Origin: Desulfocapsaceae bacterium
Lineage (GTDB): Bacteria; Desulfobacterota; Desulfobulbia; Desulfobulbales; Desulfocapsaceae
Direction of reading: 5' to 3'
Length of the DNA stretch: 59,607 nt
Assembly: GCA_031292275.1 (NCBI GenBank)
Contig: JARLHL010000057.1
Span: 1-59,607 of the forward strand
How positions within the stretch are numbered: position 1 is the first letter of the stretch; every line of letters begins with the position of its first letter. Positions 7,489 to 18,575 of the stretch are shown piece after piece. The notes under the pieces are model-generated. The model was given only the letters and a program-made list of their open reading frames with translations, made no database searches and was not told the DNA's origin. The position numbers were made by a program, and so were the translations under genes.

Positions 7489-9884
7489 CTTCCGAAATCA
7501 CATACCTTGCCGATCTGCTTCTCAAGGTCTTGCACAACAGGAAGGCGCCTGAATCCCTCCCCGCAGAATTTTCAGATCAGAAAGAAGTTGCGTCGCTCTT
7601 TAATGAACTCTTACAAATACGCAGTTTCGTCAAAGCAGTGGCAACCGGTGACCTTTCAGGCCAACTTTCCTCTAAGGGCTACACTGCCGGAGTCCTGAAA
7701 GGACTGCAGGCCAGCCTGAAGCACCTGACATGGCAAACACAGATGATCGCTTCAGGGGATTTTAGTCACCGGCTGGATTTCATGGGAGATTTCTCTAAGG
7801 CCTTCAATTCGATGACTACACAGTTGAAAGACTCCTACCGCATCATCAAGGAGAAAGAGACACAACTGAAGGCCATCAACTCCACGCTTACCCAGGATAT
7901 TGCCGAGAGGAACCGGGCCGTGCATGCCCTCCGGCAAAGCGAGGAACGGTATCGTGCATTGGTTGAAAATGCACCGATCGGCATATTCAAAAGATGTCTC
8001 GACGGAGATTTCCTGTACTCAAACCCCAGCCTTGTCAAAACATTCCGCTGTCACGATACCGACGAATTTTTCGCCCGATACGGTACTGTACAGCACCGCT
8101 GGCGGTTCCCGGAAGAACACGAAAAATTAATGGAACTGCTGTTGCGGCAGAAGAGGGTCAACAATTACGAAATGGAATCGCGGCTGGTCGATGGAACCAG
8201 TATCTGGGTAGCGCTTTTCTGTACATTCGACTCCGAAAGCGCAATTATTGACGGATGGGCTATTGACATTACCGATCGCAAACAAGCGGAAAATGATCTC
8301 AGAAACAGTGAAGAGATATTCCGTGGAATGGTGGAGTCGGCTCCCTTCGGCATTATCCTCTCCGTAGGGGAGAAAATTCATAACGAATATGTCAACCCCA
8401 AATTTACCGAACTTTTCGGTTACACCATCAAGGATATCCCCTCCGACAGGGAGTGGTGGCCGCTGGCATATCCGGAAACAGAATACCGGAGACGGACCAA
8501 AGCGGGATGGAACAGGCTGATCGAGAACGCCATACGTACTCAATCAGCCGTGGCACCCACGGAGACAGTGGTCACCTGCAAGGACGGTTCGACGAAAGTT
8601 GTCGAATTCACGTTAATTCCCCTTGGCGAAAAAAATATTATTTTTGTAACGAATCTCTCCGAGCGCAAGCTGGCAGAGGAGGCGCAGGCCAAACTGCAGG
8701 CCCAGTTGACCCATGCGCAAAAGATGGAGTCTGTCGGCAGACTCGCCGGCGGAGTCGCCCATGACTTTAACAATATGCTCGGGGTTATCATCGGCAATAC
8801 GGAGATGGCTCTGGACAAGGTGGACCCGCAGCAGAACATCTATCGCGACCTGCAAGAAGTCCTGAAAGCAGCCAGACGATCAGCCGATCTGACCCGGCAG
8901 CTCCTGACCTTTGCCCGTAAACAGGCCATCACCCCCCGGATTCTTGACCTTAACGAGACTGTGCAGGGGATGCTTACGATGCTGCAGCGCCTTATCGGCG
9001 AGGACATCACCCTTGCCTGGCAGCCTGAAGCAGACCTTTGGCCGGTCGAAATAGACCCGTCGCAGGTCGACCAGATCCTTGCCAATCTCTGTGTCAATTC
9101 CCGTGATGCCATCACAGGGATCGGCAGGGTCATTATAGAAACAGGAATTACGTCCATCGATGAAAAATACAGCGCAGTGGATCCTGACTGTATCCCCGGC
9201 GACTATACATTGCTGGCAGTCAGCGACAACGGCTGCGGTATGAATAAAGAAGTCATGAAAAACCTCTTTGAGCCGTTTTTCACCACCAAAGAAGTCGGCA
9301 AGGGGACCGGACTCGGATTGGCCACAATTTATGGAATTGTAAAACAGAACAATGGCTTTATCAACGTATTCAGCGAGCCGGGCCGGGGATCCGTCTTCAA
9401 AATCTATCTGCCCAGATACACCGGCTGCAGCAGCCAGGCGGAGGATGAAGAATTGGCGAAAATTGCCCCTCGGGGATCTCAGACCATCCTGGTGGTTGAA
9501 GACGAGGCGGCAATTTTGCGAATGACCACCTCGCAGCTTAGACTTCTCGGATATACGGTGCTGTCTGCGTCCACGCCAGGCCAGGCGATCAGGCTGGCAA
9601 CCAAGACCCCCGGCGCAATTGATTTGCTGTTAACCGACGTGGTTATGCCCGAGATGAATGGCCGGGTCCTTGCCGAAAAGCTGTTCTCCATTTATCCAAA
9701 TCTTATATTCCTCTTCATGTCCGGCTATTCACCCGACACTGTAGCGCACTACGGAGTACTGGAGAAAGGCGCAAACTTTCTCCAGAAGCCATTCTCCAGA
9801 AAGGACCTGGAAATCAAGGTGCGACTGGCCCTGGAAAAAGGCAAAACCAGTCCGGACAAAGCACCCTTTGAGATAAGTCATTAA
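7434..9884 (+). CDS. Hybrid sensor histidine kinase (HAMP-like, 2x PAS, HisKA, HATPase_c, C-terminal REC)
   Basis: PAS segments (ERYRALVENAPIGIF; EEIFRGMVESAPFGII), the H-box ESVGRLAGGVAHDFNNML, HATPase [47 protein letters not shown]...LLTDVVMPEMNG. The start is uncertain: ATG 7434 overlaps the V4R gene by 55 nt, and a TTG at 7485 would give a coupled TTGA overlap. Confidence 0.9.
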   Translation: MYWRPDLPVYREHGGATLTSEITYLADLLLKVLHNRKAPESLPAEFSDQKEVASLFNELLQIRSFVKAVATGDLSGQLSSKGYTAGVLKGLQASLKHLTWQTQMIASGDFSHRLDFMGDFSKAFNSMTTQLKDSYRIIKEKETQLKAINSTLTQDIAERNRAVHALRQSEERYRALVENAPIGIFKRCLDGDFLYSNPSLVKTFRCHDTDEFFARYGTVQHRWRFPEEHEKLMELLLRQKRVNNYEMESRLVDGTSIWVALFCTFDSESAIIDGWAIDITDRKQAENDLRNSEEIFRGMVESAPFGIILSVGEKIHNEYVNPKFTELFGYTIKDIPSDREWWPLAYPETEYRRRTKAGWNRLIENAIRTQSAVAPTETVVTCKDGSTKVVEFTLIPLGEKNIIFVTNLSERKLAEEAQAKLQAQLTHAQKMESVGRLAGGVAHDFNNMLGVIIGNTEMALDKVDPQQNIYRDLQEVLKAARRSADLTRQLLTFARKQAITPRILDLNETVQGMLTMLQRLIGEDITLAWQPEADLWPVEIDPSQVDQILANLCVNSRDAITGIGRVIIETGITSIDEKYSAVDPDCIPGDYTLLAVSDNGCGMNKEVMKNLFEPFFTTKEVGKGTGLGLATIYGIVKQNNGFINVFSEPGRGSVFKIYLPRYTGCSSQAEDEELAKIAPRGSQTILVVEDEAAILRMTTSQLRLLGYTVLSASTPGQAIRLATKTPGAIDLLLTDVVMPEMNGRVLAEKLFSIYPNLIFLFMSGYSPDTVAHYGVLEKGANFLQKPFSRKDLEIKVRLALEKGKTSPDKAPFEISH

Positions 9885-9902
9885 GCCCGGCCCGCCTTTT
9901 CT

Positions 9903-9927
9903 CTTGTGGGACAAGACGTTTTTTCTT
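9903..9927. terminator. Putative bidirectional terminator between the convergent kinase and MFS genes
   Basis: Small hairpin CTTGTGGGACAAG followed by TTTTTTCTTT; weak. Confidence 0.3.
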
Positions 9928-9952
9928 TCGGAGAGGTTATGAACTCTACCGT

Positions 9953-11212
9953 TTACACTTCGGGCCGGACCTGTCTTCCGATCGGAGGAGGCCAGGCCAG
10001 AGCGGCAAGGGCAAAGACGCAAAAGACAGCCCCGGCGTAGAATGTGGCCGACGCCCCGAATCTGTCCCACAAAAAACCGGCGACCACGCTTGCCAGCAGC
10101 ATGACGAGGCCGCTGATCAGGTTGAAAAATCCGTAGGCCGTGCCGCGCAGTTCGGCGGGTGCGGCATGGGCGACCATTGCCGCAAGAAGTCCCTGGGTGA
10201 TGCCCAGATGAATGCCCCATATCCCGACCCCGGCCAAAATGACAAGCCAGTGATGGCCGGTGGCGAGCACCAGATCAGCGGCAAGCAGCACGGCGAGCCC
10301 CATGGCCAGGAGTTTGCGGTGACTCATTCGGTCGGAGAGTTTGCCGAAGGGATATGCAGATCCGGCATAGATCAGATTCATAGCCACCATGACAAGCGGC
10401 ACAAAGGCGATGGGCACACCGACCCCCTGGGCACGAAGGACGAGGAAGGCCTCGCTGAAACGCGCCAGGGTGAAGGCTGCTCCAAGCCCGACCACCCACC
10501 AATATGATGCGCTGAGCTGCCGCAGACTCTTGCGGCAGATAGGGTTCAGAGTTCTCCGGCTTTTAACCGGCGATTCCTCACGCAGACCGATGGCGAGCAT
10601 GGCAACCGACGCAAGACCAGGTATAACAGCCACCCAGAATACCGCCCTGAAATCACCGGCCCAGAGCAGCATCAGGATGGTACCAAGTAAGGGGCCCAGA
10701 AAGGCCCCTACCGTATCCAGGGCCTGCCGCAGGCCAAAGGCCGCCCCTCGCAGGGTCGGCGGGGTGATATCGGCGACAAGGGCGTCCCGCGGAGCACCGC
10801 GAACGCCCTTGCCCAGCCGATCCAGAAGCCTTGCAGTCAGCACCAGGCCCATGGTCGGCGCGACGGCAAACAGCGGCTTGGTCAGGGCGCCCAGGGCATA
10901 GCCGAATACGGCAAGTACTTTACGCTTGCCCCAGTAGTCGCTGAGGGCCCCGGAGAATATTTTGACAATCAGGGCGGTGGCCTCCGCCAATCCTTCAACG
11001 AATCCAACCTCAACGGCGGTGGCCCCCAATACGGTGACCATGAACATCGGCAGCAGGCTATGAATCATCTCTGACGAGACGTCCATCAGCATGCTGACAA
11101 GGCCAAGTATCCATACCCCGGCCGGAATCCGCCTTGAGGAGGCTGTCTTGCCACTACTCCCGGCGGCAGGGGCAGCCGTTGCATCATTTTCGGCCATTGC
11201 GGCATTCTTCAT
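9953..11212 (-). CDS. MFS transporter
   Basis: About 12 TM segments; MFS motifs LTARLLDRLGKGVRGAPRDALVAD and repeated GxxxG-rich helices. Confidence 0.9.
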   Translation of the reverse strand: MKNAAMAENDATAAPAAGSSGKTASSRRIPAGVWILGLVSMLMDVSSEMIHSLLPMFMVTVLGATAVEVGFVEGLAEATALIVKIFSGALSDYWGKRKVLAVFGYALGALTKPLFAVAPTMGLVLTARLLDRLGKGVRGAPRDALVADITPPTLRGAAFGLRQALDTVGAFLGPLLGTILMLLWAGDFRAVFWVAVIPGLASVAMLAIGLREESPVKSRRTLNPICRKSLRQLSASYWWVVGLGAAFTLARFSEAFLVLRAQGVGVPIAFVPLVMVAMNLIYAGSAYPFGKLSDRMSHRKLLAMGLAVLLAADLVLATGHHWLVILAGVGIWGIHLGITQGLLAAMVAHAAPAELRGTAYGFFNLISGLVMLLASVVAGFLWDRFGASATFYAGAVFCVFALAALAWPPPIGRQVRPEV

Positions 11213-11359
11213 CGCATCCGCCTATGGCTGATTTGTGGATGTCCGTTCTTATTCATCCTCCCCCCCCGGGACGACAGCCTTTCTCTGACATGTTTTTCGT
11301 GCTTTCTGGGAAAACAATAATGTCCGTGTCCCCCCTTATCCAGAAGAGACGAATAATTT

Positions 11360-11590
11360 TTATCGATCAAGCATACTCTTCAGACCGGGTGGCAGCCACC
11401 ATAATAAAACGGAGGATGGAAGCTTCCCGTCTGACTTATTGGCAAAAATTCCTAATGCATCAGCACTGGCCAGGGCCCGGATGGTTGCCGTATAGGGCTG
11501 CAGGGTTTTTGCTCTCTCAACATCCCGGGTTGCAATGCAGCGCCTATTGATCGCATTCTGAATTTCATATAAATTGCATAAAACATTTTG
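11360..11590 (-). pseudogene. 3' fragment (about 75 codons) of a paralogue of the SPFH-like gene at 38044..39321; a start-less gene remnant
   Basis: About 80% nucleotide identity to 38095..38320. The minus-strand translation ...YEIQNAINRRCIATRDVERAKTLQPYTATIRALASADALGIFANKSDGKLPSSVLLWWLPPGLKSMLDR* parallels the C-terminus of the 38-kb gene. An upstream in-frame stop and no start codon are present. Confidence 0.5.
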
Positions 11591-11737
11591 TGCAAATATC
11601 TAAAGCTGATATATTTGCATTAATTCAAGATGCCCCATGCGCATCATAGAACTTTCCTAAGCATTCTTTCCGGCTTGTTACCGTCGTTTCCGTATCTGCG
11701 TTCCATAAAACTCGAATTCCGGTCTTGGTTCACGCGC

Positions 11738-14700
11738 ATGCCCTATCCCGATACGCCCTCCACGAAGACAAAGACTCGCCATCAGGCCACAAGTCCCGGC
11801 AGCAACCCTGTGAACATCAGGCCATCGGTCCCGGCAACGGTGGGAATAGGCGCGTCCGCCGGCGGCCACGAGGCCCTGGATCATCTTTTCCAGGCCCTTT
11901 CTCCCGACTGCGAACTCTGCTTCGTCGTCGTCATGCATCTGCCTGCAGACGGTCCATCCCTCCTGGCCGAACTCATTGGACACCAGTCCGCGATGCAGGT
12001 ATTGACCGCAGAAAACGAGATGCCGCTGCACCCGAAAACCATCCATGTGGCTCCACCGGGCATGGACCTGACTGTACGTGGCGGCCGGTTTCACCTGCAC
12101 CCTCGTCAGGATCAGGATATGCCGCATCACCCCATAGATATTTTTTTCAAATCACTTGCCGGGGATCTTGGCCAGAATGCCATCGCCGTGGTGCTCTCCG
12201 GCTTCGGCTCCGACGGCAGTCAGGGGGTCAAATGGATCAAAAAGGAGGGCGGGGTCGTCCTGATACAGGATCCGACGACGGCCATCCATCCCTATATGCC
12301 TCAGAACGCCATCGCCGCCGGGGCCGCCGATCTGATCCTGCCGGCGGCAGAGATCGCCGACAGGCTGACCAAGATCTCGAGGGACCATGGAATCCATGCT
12401 CCGCGCGCCTGTCTGAACATCGCCGCTGATGAGGACCTGACCCCCCTCTTCAATCTCCTGAGAGACCGGACCAGCCACGACTTCAGCTCGTACAAGAGGA
12501 ACACCGTGATCCGACGCATAGAACGCCGAATGACGGTCAAGGCCGCCAAAGAATTCAACAACTACCTGGAAGTCCTTGCAGAGGACCCTCAGGAAGCCCA
12601 CGCTCTCTGTCAGGATCTCCTGGTCGGCGTTACAAGTTTCTTCAGGGACCCCGACGCCTTCGACGTCCTCAACCGCGAGATTCTGCCCTCCCTTTTCGCC
12701 AATCGCGACAGGGAAGAGCCCGTGCGTATCTGGCATGCCTGCTGTGCCACCGGTGAAGAGGCCTACTCTGTAGCCATGCTGATTCTCGAGTACTTCGACG
12801 CCCAGGGCCTGCAGGCCAAAGTGCAGATCTTTGCCACCGATCTCGACGAGACCGCAGTCACCCAGGCCAGGGTCGGAATCTATTCCGATGACATCAAGCG
12901 GGAGGTGAGCCAGGAGCGTCTCCAACGCTTCTTTATCCGCAATGAGGGGCGCTGGCAGGTGAATAGCCGGTTAAGGGAGATGATTGTCTTCGCGACCCAT
13001 AATATCATCAAGGACCCGCCTTTCTCGCATCTTAACCTTCTCGTCTGCCGAAACTTTCTCATCTATCTGAATCCGGACATCCAAAGGCTGCTGCTCCCGC
13101 TTTTTCACCAGGTGCTGGTCCCGGGAGGATACCTCTTCCTGGGGTCAGCCGAGACGGTGGGTCTTCACGACGATCTGTTCAGCGCCGTCAACAAGAAGTG
13201 GAAAATCTTCTCGCGGCAGGGGGGGAAAAGCCGGGCCGAGGCTCTCTTTCCCTTCTCGGGCCCGGTCCGCAAGCTGTCCGACATCGAGCGTTCATACAAG
13301 TCCTCAGAGGCCGACGAGGCAAAGACCCTCGCCGCTGCCGAGAAACTTCTCATGGACCGCTATGTCCCCGCCCGCATAATCATCAACGAGAAGAGCGAGG
13401 TCGTTCATGTCTCACAGCGCGCGGGAGCCTATCTGCTGACCCCGGAAGGAAAACCGACCCAGGATCTCCTGAAAATGGCCCGGGAGGAGTTGCGACCTGC
13501 TCTCAGGGCCGCAATCTACAAGGCTTTTACCACCCAGCAGGAGATCGTCTATCGGGGGATACAGGTCATTACCGAAGGCGCGGAGGAGAGTGTCAATGTT
13601 ATCATACTGCCGTTGAAAGACTGCCCGCCGGCCTGCAAGCTGGCCGCAGTGATCATCGAGCCCGCCCCGCCGGCCCTGGTCCGTCCTCTGCCCCGGGATC
13701 AGGAGGACGGTGGCGACGCCGCCAGGAATTCACTGACTCGACAACTCGAGGAACAGCTGCGGGTGACGGGAGAGCAGCTCCGATCCACCAGCGAACAGCT
13801 GGAGACCTCCAACGAGCGGTTTACGCAGGCCAACGAAGAGCTGATGACGGTAAACGAGGAACTGCAGTCCACTAACGAGGAGCTGCAGTCCACCAACGAG
13901 GAACTGGTCACCGTCAACTCAGAGCTGCAGAGAAAGATGGAGGAACTCAACCAAAGCAACAGCGATATGGAGAACCTCTTCGCCAGCTCCGAGATTGCTG
14001 CCATTTTCCTTGATCGCGGCCTGCACATCAAGCGGTTTTCCCCGGCCATGGCGACAATTTTCAACCTGATTCCGGCTGATACCGGTCGGCCCTTCCGGCA
14101 TCTGAACAGCTCCATAGACTGGTCCTTTCTCCCCATCGACACGACAGCGGTTCTCGAGACCCTCACCCCAGTGGAACGGGAGGTCTGCTCAACGGTCGAT
14201 GGACGAACCTTTATTATGCGGGTCCTGCCCTACAAGACCACCGAAGGCATTGTCGACGGCATTGTCGTCACCCTGGTCGATATCAGCCAGCGTAAACAGG
14301 CAGAGAGGGCCCTGTATGCGACTCAGACAGCCCTGCGCGAAGGGGATGAACGGCTGCGGTTTGTGCTGGAAAGCTGCCACATCGGCGCCTGGGACCTTAA
14401 CTTGGATAACCATACCACCTCCCGCTCGCTGGAGCATGACCGCATCTTCGGTTACCCTGAACCGCTGCCTGCCTGGACACTGGAGATGTTCCTCGAACAT
14501 GTCCTGCCGGAGTACCGCCGGGATGTGAAAGAGATGGTCGCAGCGGCCATGGCGGCCAAGCAAGGATGGGCCTGCGAATGCCGCATCCGGCGGGCGGACG
14601 GTCAGATCCGCTGGATCTGGTTTGCGGGCCGCCATCTCACCGACCTGGCCGGTCACAGCCGGGTTGCAGGGATTATTCAAGATATAACCGACCGAAAAGA

Positions 14701-17473
14701 GGCTGAAGAGGAAAATTCCAGATTATTGAAGATCGTCCAGGAGGAGAAAGACAGACTGGCTGTACTGATCAACAGTATCACCGATGAGGTCTGGTTCGCC
14801 GATACCCAGAAGAAATTCACCCTGGCCAATCCTTCAGCCCTCAAGACATTCGGCTTGGAGGTCATGGGCCAGATTGATATTGAGGCCTTTGCCGCCAGTC
14901 TCGATGTGCTCCGCGCCGACGGAAGCCGGCGTCCCGTCCAGGAAGCCCCTCCTCTGCGCGCCCTGCAGGGCGAGGTGGTGAAGAATGCCGAAGAAGTCAT
15001 CCGCAATCCCGTCACCGGCGAACAACGCTATCGGGAGGTCAGCTCCAATTCGGTCAGAGATGCTCAGGGGAGTATCATAGGCGCCGTCACCGTTGTCAGG
15101 GACATCACCGATCGGAAGCGCGCTGAAGAGGCGCTGCGCAAATCCCGATCCAAGCTGGAGGCGGCCCTGTCCAGTATGACCGATGCGGTCTTCATCTCCG
15201 ATCAGGATGGGCAGTTTATCGAGTTCAACGATGCCTTCGCGACCTTTCACCGATTCAAAAACAAAGACGCCTGCCTGAAAAAATTTGCCAGTTACCCTGA
15301 CATTATCGAGGTTTTTATGGCCGACGGGGAACCCGCCCCCGTAGAGATGTGGGCTGTTCCCCGGGCCCTGCGCGGAGAAACCGTCACCAACACGATATAC
15401 GGCCTCCGGCGCAAGGATACCGGCGAAAGATGGGTCGGCAGCTACTCTTTTGCCCCTATCCGTGACAGCAGGGGAGTCATTTCCGGCTCGGTGGTGGTGG
15501 GACGCGATATCACCGAACTTGTGAAAAATGAAGAGGCCCTCAAGACAAGCGAACAGCTGTACCGCTCCCTCTTCGACAATATGCTCAACGGTTTTGCCTA
15601 CTGCAAAATGATCTACGACAATCACGAACCGTCTGACTTCATCTATCTGAACGTCAATGCGGCCTTCGAGGACCTGACCGGCTTGAAGGATGTGGAGAAC
15701 AAAAAGGTCTCGGAGGTTATCCCGGGCATTCGCCAGTCTGACCCTGAACTCTTCGAGATCTACGGCAGGGTCGCTTCGTCCGGTATTCCTGAACGCTTCG
15801 AAACCTTCGTCCAGGCCCTTGACATGTGGTTCTCAATCTCCGTCTACAGCCCGAAGAAGGAATATTTTGTCGCTATTTTTGATGTGATTACAGAGCGTAA
15901 GCGTGCCGAGGAGGCGCTCATCCTCAGCGAGCATCGACGAAGCCTGGCCCTGGAGGCCTCACATGCGGGGACCTGGGAGTGGAATCTCGCGACCAATGAA
16001 AATATCTGGTCCAATGAATTATGGCACCTCTACGGACTCGAACCCTTCAGCTGCAAACCATCCTACGATGAATGGCTGAAGACAATCCATCACGACGATC
16101 AGGCAAAGGTAGAACAGGCCCTCCGGCAGGCGATCGCCCAGGGTACTGCCTTCAATATCGAATGGAGGGTAGCAAAAACCCAGTGCTGGCTGGCTTCCCA
16201 CGGCCGGGCCTTGAGGGACATCCATGATCATATTGTCAGTTATGTGGGCACCGTTATGGATATCACCGAGCGCAAACTGGCCGAGGAGGAGAAAAAATCT
16301 CTGCAGATGCAGCTTATCCAGCTGCAGAAGATGGAGGCAATCGGCACCCTTGCAGGAGGAATAGCTCATGATTTCAACAATATACTTGGAGCTGTCATCG
16401 GCTTTGCCGAGTTGGCAAGGGATTCGATCCCGATGGATTCTGAGGCCGCAAACGATCTCGACAAGGTCCTGGAGGCGGGTGACCGGGCGACCCACCTTGT
16501 CAAACAGATCCTGGCCTTCAGTCGCCAGGCAAATTCTGAAATGGTTCCGCTGGAGCCTGTCCATCTGGTCAAGGAGACCATCAAACTGCTCCGTCCGGCC
16601 CTGCCTTCGACCATCACAATCAAACTGAATCTGGAAGCGGCAACAAAATTTATCCATGCCGATCCCACCCAGATCCACCAGATCGCGATGAATCTCTGCA
16701 CCAACGCCTTCCACGCCATGGAAAAGACCGGCGGCATCCTCGAAATCGGTCTCATGGACTGTCAGGTCTCCTCTCAGGACCTGCCGCCCCACGCCAAGGT
16801 ACAGGCCGGGAAATTCGTTGTACTTTCCGTTGGCGATACTGGACCGGGAATACCGCCGGAGATACAGACCAAGATTTTTGAACCGTATTTCACCACCAAG
16901 GAAGTCGGCAAAGGCACCGGTATGGGCCTCTCCATCATCTACGGCATTGTCACCACCATGGGCGGTTTCATCACCTGCGAGAGCGAACTGAATAAAGGAT
17001 CGATATTCCGCGTATTTTTCCCAGCAATTGAACCAACCCCCGGTATAGCCATCGACCGTAACGATACTATTTCCTCCGGCGAAGAACATATCCTCTTCAT
17101 CGATGACGAGATCATTCTCGCCGAGATGGGCAAAATCATGCTTGAACGCCTAGGCTATACCGTAACACTTCGGACCAGCAGCCTGGAGGCTTTGGAACTC
17201 TTCAAGACCCAGCCGAATCTGTTTGACGCCGTCGTTACCGACCAGACGATGCCCGGCATGACCGGGATGGACATGGCACAGAGGATGCTGGAAATCCGGC
17301 CGGATATACCCATCATACTCTGTACGGGCTACAGCACTCTGGTCAGCGAAGAACAGGCGAAACTCAATGGAATCAAAGAATTTATCATGAAGCCCATGTC
17401 AAAAAAGGATATTGCCCAGCGGCTGAGGAGCGTACTGGATGGCTCCGCTCAGGAGACCACAGCCCCTACATGA
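11738..17473 (+). CDS. Giant chemotaxis-type signalling fusion: CheB methylesterase + CheR methyltransferase + coiled-coil linker + multiple PAS + HisKA/HATPase_c + REC
   Basis: CheB domain ([16 protein letters not shown]...VVMHL), CheR domain ([11 protein letters not shown]...[17 protein letters not shown]), heptad linker [27 protein letters not shown], at least 4 PAS blocks, the H-box [16 protein letters not shown], HATPase [48 protein letters not shown]...[11 protein letters not shown]. The ORF opens at 11630; the start is assigned to the ATG at 11738 (MPYPD...). Confidence 0.9.
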   Translation: MPYPDTPSTKTKTRHQATSPGSNPVNIRPSVPATVGIGASAGGHEALDHLFQALSPDCELCFVVVMHLPADGPSLLAELIGHQSAMQVLTAENEMPLHPKTIHVAPPGMDLTVRGGRFHLHPRQDQDMPHHPIDIFFKSLAGDLGQNAIAVVLSGFGSDGSQGVKWIKKEGGVVLIQDPTTAIHPYMPQNAIAAGAADLILPAAEIADRLTKISRDHGIHAPRACLNIAADEDLTPLFNLLRDRTSHDFSSYKRNTVIRRIERRMTVKAAKEFNNYLEVLAEDPQEAHALCQDLLVGVTSFFRDPDAFDVLNREILPSLFANRDREEPVRIWHACCATGEEAYSVAMLILEYFDAQGLQAKVQIFATDLDETAVTQARVGIYSDDIKREVSQERLQRFFIRNEGRWQVNSRLREMIVFATHNIIKDPPFSHLNLLVCRNFLIYLNPDIQRLLLPLFHQVLVPGGYLFLGSAETVGLHDDLFSAVNKKWKIFSRQGGKSRAEALFPFSGPVRKLSDIERSYKSSEADEAKTLAAAEKLLMDRYVPARIIINEKSEVVHVSQRAGAYLLTPEGKPTQDLLKMAREELRPALRAAIYKAFTTQQEIVYRGIQVITEGAEESVNVIILPLKDCPPACKLAAVIIEPAPPALVRPLPRDQEDGGDAARNSLTRQLEEQLRVTGEQLRSTSEQLETSNERFTQANEELMTVNEELQSTNEELQSTNEELVTVNSELQRKMEELNQSNSDMENLFASSEIAAIFLDRGLHIKRFSPAMATIFNLIPADTGRPFRHLNSSIDWSFLPIDTTAVLETLTPVEREVCSTVDGRTFIMRVLPYKTTEGIVDGIVVTLVDISQRKQAERALYATQTALREGDERLRFVLESCHIGAWDLNLDNHTTSRSLEHDRIFGYPEPLPAWTLEMFLEHVLPEYRRDVKEMVAAAMAAKQGWACECRIRRADGQIRWIWFAGRHLTDLAGHSRVAGIIQDITDRKEAEEENSRLLKIVQEEKDRLAVLINSITDEVWFADTQKKFTLANPSALKTFGLEVMGQIDIEAFAASLDVLRADGSRRPVQEAPPLRALQGEVVKNAEEVIRNPVTGEQRYREVSSNSVRDAQGSIIGAVTVVRDITDRKRAEEALRKSRSKLEAALSSMTDAVFISDQDGQFIEFNDAFATFHRFKNKDACLKKFASYPDIIEVFMADGEPAPVEMWAVPRALRGETVTNTIYGLRRKDTGERWVGSYSFAPIRDSRGVISGSVVVGRDITELVKNEEALKTSEQLYRSLFDNMLNGFAYCKMIYDNHEPSDFIYLNVNAAFEDLTGLKDVENKKVSEVIPGIRQSDPELFEIYGRVASSGIPERFETFVQALDMWFSISVYSPKKEYFVAIFDVITERKRAEEALILSEHRRSLALEASHAGTWEWNLATNENIWSNELWHLYGLEPFSCKPSYDEWLKTIHHDDQAKVEQALRQAIAQGTAFNIEWRVAKTQCWLASHGRALRDIHDHIVSYVGTVMDITERKLAEEEKKSLQMQLIQLQKMEAIGTLAGGIAHDFNNILGAVIGFAELARDSIPMDSEAANDLDKVLEAGDRATHLVKQILAFSRQANSEMVPLEPVHLVKETIKLLRPALPSTITIKLNLEAATKFIHADPTQIHQIAMNLCTNAFHAMEKTGGILEIGLMDCQVSSQDLPPHAKVQAGKFVVLSVGDTGPGIPPEIQTKIFEPYFTTKEVGKGTGMGLSIIYGIVTTMGGFITCESELNKGSIFRVFFPAIEPTPGIAIDRNDTISSGEEHILFIDDEIILAEMGKIMLERLGYTVTLRTSSLEALELFKTQPNLFDAVVTDQTMPGMTGMDMAQRMLEIRPDIPIILCTGYSTLVSEEQAKLNGIKEFIMKPMSKKDIAQRLRSVLDGSAQETTAPT

Positions 17474-17540
17474 AAGGATCAAACAACGGTTTTTCCCCTC
17501 ATCCCCCGGAACTGTGGCCAGGAGTGTCCGTTTTTGCGCC

Positions 17541-17705
17541 CTACCACCGCCGGTATGAGTAGGGATAATAATACGGGCTATAGTAGTACTGTGGTGCAGA
17601 ATAATATGGATGATAATAATACGGTCTGGGATAATCAACCGGCACCACCACGCACCCGCTGCAGACGAGAATCAGCATCGCAGCTATTAACCAACGAAAT
17701 TTCAT
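17541..17705 (-). CDS. Small secreted peptide with an extreme Tyr/Pro-rich C-terminus
   Basis: AAGGAG 8 nt upstream of the ATG; signal peptide MKFRWLIAAMLILVCSGC. The mature region PVDYPRPYYYHPYYSAPQYYYSPYYYPYSYRRW is about 50% Tyr. Confidence 0.45.
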   Translation of the reverse strand: MKFRWLIAAMLILVCSGCVVVPVDYPRPYYYHPYYSAPQYYYSPYYYPYSYRRW

Positions 17706-17877
17706 TTCTCCATCTCCTTGCCCCAAAAAGGCAATTATCGTAAACCCTATCGATGCAGCCCGCCCCCCGGCCTCAGACAAAAGGGACGAACGGGGATGCC
17801 TTCAAACGGATAATAGGGATGCGGTTGATACAGTCAAGAACAAGATCTTTTTTCATTGAGCCCTTTTTGCAAAAACT

Positions 17878-18219
17878 CTAATAATAGTCCTCACGGCCAT
17901 TGCGATTATTGCGCCGATCCCCGTAATGGTCGCGATGGAAGCAGAGCACCTCATCAGGGATCCTTCCCAGGTAGGGATCTCCCCACGGTCCATGCCCGGA
18001 ATGCGACCTGTGCCAATTGCTCCCATCGTGCCGCCACCAAAATCCGCCATAGAAAAATGGTGCTGCTGCGGCAACCGGTTCGGCGACCGGCACCGGGGCA
18101 GACACTGTCACGGCCACCCCCTGAGAGGCACCGCCTGGATCGACGGTCGCTGACAACACGATTGCCGCAACAATGAAAGAACGCCAGAATCTGCCTTTTT
18201 TACACTGTTTTTTGTTCAT
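17878..18219 (-). CDS. Small secreted Trp/His/Gly-rich protein, unknown function
   Basis: Signal peptide MNKKQCKKGRFWRSFIVAAIVLSA. The mature part is ...FFYGGFWWRHDGSNWHRSHSGHGPWGDPY...HRDHYGDRRNNRNGREDYY. It lies on the same strand between the two other small secreted ORFs. Confidence 0.45.
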   Translation of the reverse strand: MNKKQCKKGRFWRSFIVAAIVLSATVDPGGASQGVAVTVSAPVPVAEPVAAAAPFFYGGFWWRHDGSNWHRSHSGHGPWGDPYLGRIPDEVLCFHRDHYGDRRNNRNGREDYY

Positions 18220-18242
18220 TCCAGGCCACCGTCGCAAGGATG

Positions 18243-18575
18243 TTACCGGCCGATCTGACGACTGACGGCGTTCTCCTGCTGATTAAGCGTCCTCTGCTCC
18301 TGCTTGGTAATATGACCGCCGTCCTGGCTTGCCATATCCCGTTCTTCCTGGCGGATCTGCCGATCTTCATGATGAAGCTTTGCAGCCTGCCCCTGCGTCA
18401 AGGCCCCTTCTCTCACCTTATTATTGATACGATTATTCTGATTTTCCAAACGCTCATTCACCTGCACCCGTCGGGGATGATCCTGCGCCCAGTCATCGGC
18501 AAAACTCTCGGTACGGCCGAAGAAAAAGAGGACTGCCGCCAACATTACAACCATCATTGTGAGCTTTTTATTCAT
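18243..18575 (-). CDS. Periplasmic LTXXQ-motif protein (CpxP/Spy/ZraP-like)
   Basis: Signal peptide MNKKLTMMVVMLAAVLFFFG; Gln/Arg/Glu-rich helical protein with an LTQGQ motif (LTXXQ) and a second TLNQQ. Confidence 0.5.
   Translation of the reverse strand: MNKKLTMMVVMLAAVLFFFGRTESFADDWAQDHPRRVQVNERLENQNNRINNKVREGALTQGQAAKLHHEDRQIRQEERDMASQDGGHITKQEQRTLNQQENAVSRQIGR

Noticed and set aside
11213-11737. Search for a sigma54 -24/-12 promoter (TGGCAC-N5-TTGC) in the MFS/CheB-CheR divergent region and upstream of the arsR cluster (1750-2020)
   Set aside because: Only partial matches with wrong spacing were found (for example TGGCCA…12 nt…TTGC), so none is reported.
12152-17089. Several 250-360-aa minus-strand ORFs (12152..12925, 14834..15625, 16019..17089) inside the giant signalling gene
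   Set aside because: Antisense shadows of a well-supported 1947-aa CDS; no motifs.
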